Under the pieces are notes generated by a model. That model was not told where the DNA came from, ran no database searches, and worked only from the letters and a program-made list of their open reading frames with translations. From positions 208,196,001 to 208,260,000 of the forward strand of contig OX597815.1 of assembly GCA_951406725.2 (NCBI GenBank): a stretch of DNA of 64,000 nt, read 5' to 3'. The stretch comes from Octopus vulgaris (lineage: Eukaryota). Made by a program: the position numbers and the translations under genes. Within the stretch, counting starts at the first letter, position 1. The number at the start of each line of letters is the position of its first letter. Positions 58,495 to 64,000 of this stretch are shown here, piece by piece.

Positions 58495-59405
58495 GATGTT
58501 GGGGCTAAGTTTGATGGCTATTTTTGTCTCCTTTTTTCAGAAACAGCTTGATGTATTGGTGAACACTGACCAGTGTTGGAAAGCGCAAAGATTACAGTTG
58601 TAGCAGAGAAGAAGTTAAGTGTCATGGGGAACCTGAAGCCATCTAAATATAGACAAAGAATTACGTGTATCAGGATGATTTGTGTTGGGTGTCAGAATGC
58701 TGACTTCATGACTGCTGCTCAATACTCTGTGAAAACTCTAAAGGTTGTAAGATATAACATTGAACAGATGCAACAGAAAGTATAAAACTGTGGCCAGCAG
58801 GAAGAGACACAGCAGGCATTCTGGCTACATCTACATGCTAGAATTCATCCCCATATCTTTGAACAGAGCCTCAGACTCAGTTCAGACACCTATGTGAAGC
58901 TGTAAGAGACTGTGGTCAAACCCTGGCTGGAGAGGGTTGCTCCTGCTGGAAGGCCATATGGGTGGCAACAGGAGTCAGCTCCTTACTATTCCGCTAGGGT
59001 TAGAAATGGTTGTCAGAGAAATTCTGCGAAATTCCCCAGCCCCAATTTCTGGCTGCCTAATTCCACTGATTGTAATCCCATGGATTGCTATGTGTGGGGT
59101 AGAGTTGGAAAAGACACCAACCACACTGTCTGCAACACCAAAGCAAAAATCTGGGGCCAAAATCAAAGAAGTATTTGAAGATCTTCTCAGGGACACAGTG
59201 AAGAACACATGCGCCAGGTTCTGGAACCATCTTAAGGCCATAGTGGAAGGTGACAGCTGCTACTTTGAACAAACTGTTATCTCTTAGCCATAATCTAGTT
59301 GATATCTTTTGATTTTCTAAAATATTTTCATTTTTGGATGGGATATTGGAATATTGGGCTTTCTTTACGTTTTATGCAAACTGTCAAATTTAGCTTGGAA
59401 ACCTG
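58495..59405 (+). mobile_element. Decayed Tc1/mariner-superfamily element (maT/DD37D-like)
   Basis: VKPWLERVAP.GRPYGWQQESAP (cf. FQQDSAPAH) and NFWLPNSTDCNPMDCYVWG (cf. WPPNSPDLNPLDYYVW); weak terminal inverted similarity GCTAA.TTTGA. Confidence 0.75.
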
Positions 59406-59635
59406 CATGTATGCATGTGTGTGTGTGTATATTCATTGAGGCAAATTTTCTACAACCAGATGACCTTCCACTCACAAACCCTCATCTGTTTCTGAGCAAA
59501 GCAATATCTCAATATGGCCAGATATATTCGGGGGAAGACTGGAAGTGAATGACGTTATATTAATGACGACACTCATTTAAAGCTATTGCGCAGTGTCAAG
59601 ACAAGGAGACACAAACATTCACTTCAATACATACA

Positions 59636-59679
<44 letters not shown>

Positions 59680-59810
59680 AACATGCTTCTTTCAGTTTCT
59701 GTCTACCAGATTTATTCCTACGGCCTTGATCTACCTAAGTATACAGTAGAGCGACTAAACGCAAAACAAACCACATAACCATACATGTCCCTATACATAT
59801 AAATGCATCG

Positions 59811-59841
<31 letters not shown>

Positions 59842-60267
59842 AATATAAGTTCATGTCTGCATGCCTGAGTGCATAAACACACACACACACATACACATAC
59901 ACAACACACACTAACACACTGACAAAGCAGATATTTACATACATTTTCTTATAACTCAAAAAACAAATTTTAGCTTTCTTCAGCAGAATTTTGCTTCATT
60001 ATTTACATTATTTACATTATTTACATTCGACAGATATTTGTCTTTGTCTTGTTTGTTGTTAACACAACGTTTTGGCTGATATACCCTCCAGCCTTCATCA
60101 AATTTATTGGAGAAATTTCAAACCTGGGTTCTCATTCCCAAGTGATTTTTCGATTTTATTATTATTTTCATTATTAGTATTATTATTATTCAGGTCACTG
60201 CCTGGAATTGAACTCAGAATCTTGGGGTTAGTAGCCCTCGTTTGTAACCTCTAAACCATATGCCAGT

Positions 60268-60338
60268 GGGCTTATGGCGTAGTGGTTAAGAGCACAGGCT
60301 ACTAACCCCAAGATTCTGAGTTTGATTCCAGGCAGTGA

Positions 60339-60342
<4 letters not shown>
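60268..60342 (+). other. tRNA-like Pol III head (mirror copy at 60190-60264, minus strand)
   Basis: A-box TGGCGTAGTGGTTAAG, 7-nt loop CTACTAA, B-box GAGTT(T/C)(G/A)ATTCC; no good acceptor stem. Confidence 0.7.
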
Positions 60343-60382
<40 letters not shown>

Positions 60383-60413
60383 TAATAATATAATAATAAT
60401 AATAATAATGATG

Positions 60414-60479
<66 letters not shown>

Positions 60480-60527
60480 TCGAAAAATACCTTAGGAATG
60501 AGAACCCAGATTCAAAATTTTCCCAGT

Positions 60528-60570
60528 ACACCTGATGAAGGCTGGAGGGTATAGCAACCAAAACGTGTTA
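60528..60570 (+). ncRNA. Degenerate minimal type-I hammerhead ribozyme motif (mirror copy at 60061-60101, minus strand)
   Basis: Two-arm composite: ACAC CTGATGA A GGCTG-GAGGGTATAT-CAGCC AAAA CG T T GTGT. The catalytic GAAA reads AAAA in both arms. Confidence 0.55.
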
Positions 60571-60910
60571 ACAACAAACAAGATGAGGACAAATATCCGT
60601 CAAATGTAAATAATGTAAGTAATGTAGATAATGTAGATAATTCCTCATCTCTTAAATATAGAACAGAATTTTGCTGGTCGTAAGACAGGTTATGCATTAG
60701 GCAAACAGAGTAACGTTCCTTGATTATGACTGCAGTTCAGTGGCTCAGTCAGTGACCGCAGCTAAAGATCAATAAGTTAAGCAATCCTTGTGATGATGAA
60801 GGTGTAGTCTTCTACCTGGCCAGCTCCTGATATCACCATCATCATCGTCATACTCATCATTTAGTGCCCGTGTTGCATGCTGGCATGCGTTGGACAGTTT
60901 GAGAGGAAGT

Positions 60911-61300
60911 GTTATGTTTAGATAAGAAAACTGCATGAAATTATCGCATAGATTTATATCCATATACATACATGCATAAACGTATGTGTGTATATATAAG
61001 TGTGTGTATGTATCTGTATGTATGTATGTATGTGCATGTATATATATATATGCATGTATAGGTAGCTATAAAGTTAAAAATGGAATCAAAGGAGAGATGT
61101 ATTAGTCTGGAAAAAGCAACAGAAGGAGTTGAGTGAAATTCCCAAACTTCCACTGGAGTGGAATACTGTTTTTAGCCCTGACATATTTGCCCTGATAAAG
61201 GGTTCTATCCCAAATATCAGATACGCTATATTCTCCTTCACAGTTTCACTGTATTTCTACATTTGTTTTCCTAAATAATATATCTAAGTAACATATATGT
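60911..61300 (+). repeat. Dispersed repeat, copy 2
   Basis: Colinear with 56570-57010, with scattered substitutions and a different internal microsatellite. Confidence 0.9.
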
Positions 61301-61310
61301 GTATATATAC

Positions 61311-61424
61311 ATAATTTACAAAATTAGGGTGAAAGAAAAATTATAATGGTTATTGACAATTTTTGTCTTTTTTCCGGCATATTTGGCATTAGAATTTTTC
61401 TTTCACCCTAATTTTGTAAATTAT
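61311..61424. repeat. 38-bp inverted repeat hairpin with a 38-nt loop
   Basis: 61311-61348 matches the reverse complement of 61387-61424 at 37/38 positions. Confidence 0.92.
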
Positions 61425-62429
61425 TTATAAATTTAACCTTTAAAGGTATTTTTTGATATGCTGGCCATTGATAACATTTTTTTCCCCAAAAAAATTTTAT
61501 CCTACATTAGTTATGTGTATATATATATATATATATTGCCAATGTTCCACGCTGGCATGGGTTGGACACCTTGAGAGGACCCAGTGTGTCGAAGGACTGC
61601 ATCGTGCTCCAATATCTGATTTGATATGGCTTGTACAGCTAGATGTCCTTCCTAATGTCAACCACTATACTGCAAGGACTGGGTACCTTTATTATTCTTT
61701 TTTTTTTGTGCCATCTGTATTCTAGAGGCCACCATAAAGTTTGCAGAAGAGCAAGCCCTTGGAGTGGCATGGCTTGGTTCCATGTTAATTGATGAAAGAT
61801 TGAACTATGAAAAGCTGGTGGTGGGTGCAGGATTTGGTGGAGGATTTGCATGGCTACTCACATCAAATAGGGGCAAGGAAGAGAAAGTGAAAGTGAACAG
61901 GAGGATCTGTTAGAGATAGATAAGAGCAATGAGGAGCCTGGGTGGGTCTACAGGATACAAGGTGAGATGAAGAATCGGTTTTGCAAGACTGTATGGGAAT
62001 GAGAATGAGGGGTCGGGGAATGGGGAGTGGAAAGCAAGACAGCGAGAGTGAGTAGTGTTGATGGTCAAGGAACCATGAGTCTCGGGGGAGGGGTAAGATA
62101 GAGGGATACAGAAGAGATTGGGAGGAGGCAAATATGCACACACACACACACACACACAGATAGAAATATGCAACTACATGTATATATACATACACACATA
62201 AATATACATATACATATATATATATATATGTTATACACACACATATATACATACATGCACAAATATTGTATGTGTGTGTGTGTGTAAATTTATAAATATA
62301 TATATCATCATCATATATATATATATATATACATGTGTGTGTGTGTGTGGAGAGAGAGAGTATATATTTATGTGTGTGTGACCATGTATAAATGCACATA
62401 CACGCACACGGGGACACACATGTATAAGT

Positions 62430-62477
<48 letters not shown>

Positions 62478-63319
62478 TATAACATATGCACACACACACA
62501 TACAAATGTTTATATATACATGTCTATGATACTATGTACATATACATACACACACTCACTCACTCAACCACATGCATGACTATATGATGTATTTGATTCA
62601 TCTATGCATGCACGCATGCATGTGCATATTCCTATGCATTCTGCATCCATATTTTCCTTCACTGCATTCCAGCACAGAACATGCAGCACCAACCCCAAAT
62701 AAAGCGCAAGTTTCTTCTAGTGTATTCTTAAGTGGAAATATATGAAAGTCGATGGAATCATCAGAGTTTGAACTAGTCAAGCAGCCCCAAAATATCTGAA
62801 CACTGTTTGTATGCATAAAATCATTATGTGTATATACCCCTATATACACTGACACAAACATGTTTACGTGTATATGTATGTGTGCTTTTCTTGCCATCAA
62901 TATGGGTACGTATGTGACTTACATGTATACCCATTAGGAAAATAGAAGTATATCTGTTTATCTTTGTCCCTCTCTCTGTGTCTATAGATAAACACAGACA
63001 GATACACATATGCATATGTGTGTGTGCTTGTGTGTGTGTGTATACAAACAAATATTTCTTTCACATTTTCAAAGAACACAGTAGGGAATGGTTGCTTTTG
63101 TGTTTGTTTTTTTTTGCAGCCTTTGAATGAGAGCATGTGTACCTTTATCATACATATACATATATAATATACATACATACATACATACATATATATACAT
63201 ACGTGCATATATGTGAATATGTGTTCTGAATATATTGTCACATATTGTAACGAAGGTATATATTTATATAAGGAGTTAAAGCCCCAGTATGACCGCATTC
63301 CTAAGACTAAAGCCATTGA

Positions 63320-63712
<393 letters not shown>

Positions 63713-64000
63713 CTTTCTTTATTGGCCATACAGGGCGGAAAACAGAGGGGACAAATACAAATGTAGAGCTTTTCTTTTCGAAAATGAAAAGAAATGGGAA
63801 AAATAAGAAAAAAAAAGTAAAATTCCGATCAAAAGGGATGGGGGGGGGGGGAGAGAAAACAGATGGATGGATGGATGGATGGATAAATAGATAGTTTGAT
63901 GACAGAAGACAGACATATAATGTTTCAGTGGAAATTTTCAAACGAAAGAAAGAGACCAAAGAGAGAGGGAATGAAAGCAGTAATCAAGTGAGAGAGGGGG

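Larger units (their letters stand above)
59996..60663. mobile_element. Palindromic head-to-head tRNA-SINE / hammerhead-like retroelement
   Basis: Arms 59996-60264 (-) and 60268-60663 (+) are inverted copies; TSD CAGAATTTTGCT at 59984-59995 and 60664-60675. Confidence 0.85.

Noticed and set aside
60268-60342. Functional tRNA gene (also the heads of SINE A, B and D)
   Set aside because: No proper acceptor stem or terminator, and each is embedded in a repeat body.

Overview
AT-rich, microsatellite-saturated animal non-coding DNA, most likely an octopus intron or intergenic region (inferred from the SINE repertoire and dense (TA)n/(CA)n/(GATA)n tracts). I found no credible host exon, rRNA, functional tRNA or CRISPR array. 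Nearly all ORF-track entries are microsatellite or SINE read-throughs. The window holds at least five SINE families (labelled A-E here), TTAA-flanked piggyBac-type MITEs, two non-autonomous Helitron pieces, and decayed Tc1, maT/mariner, hAT-Charlie, RTE and Tx1/L1 remnants, plus a ~1.8 kb tandem duplication. Most notable: (1) a 668-bp head-to-head palindromic element at 59996-60663, inside one 12-bp target-site duplication (TSD), whose arms each join a tRNA-like Pol III head, an (AAT)n linker and a decayed Penelope-type minimal hammerhead motif; (2) a SINE flanked by a 151-bp direct duplication; (3) mix-and-match SINE bodies and tails, with one tail matching the 3' end of an RTE LINE fossil in the same window. 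All calls were made by eye, and boundaries of old repeats are approximate.
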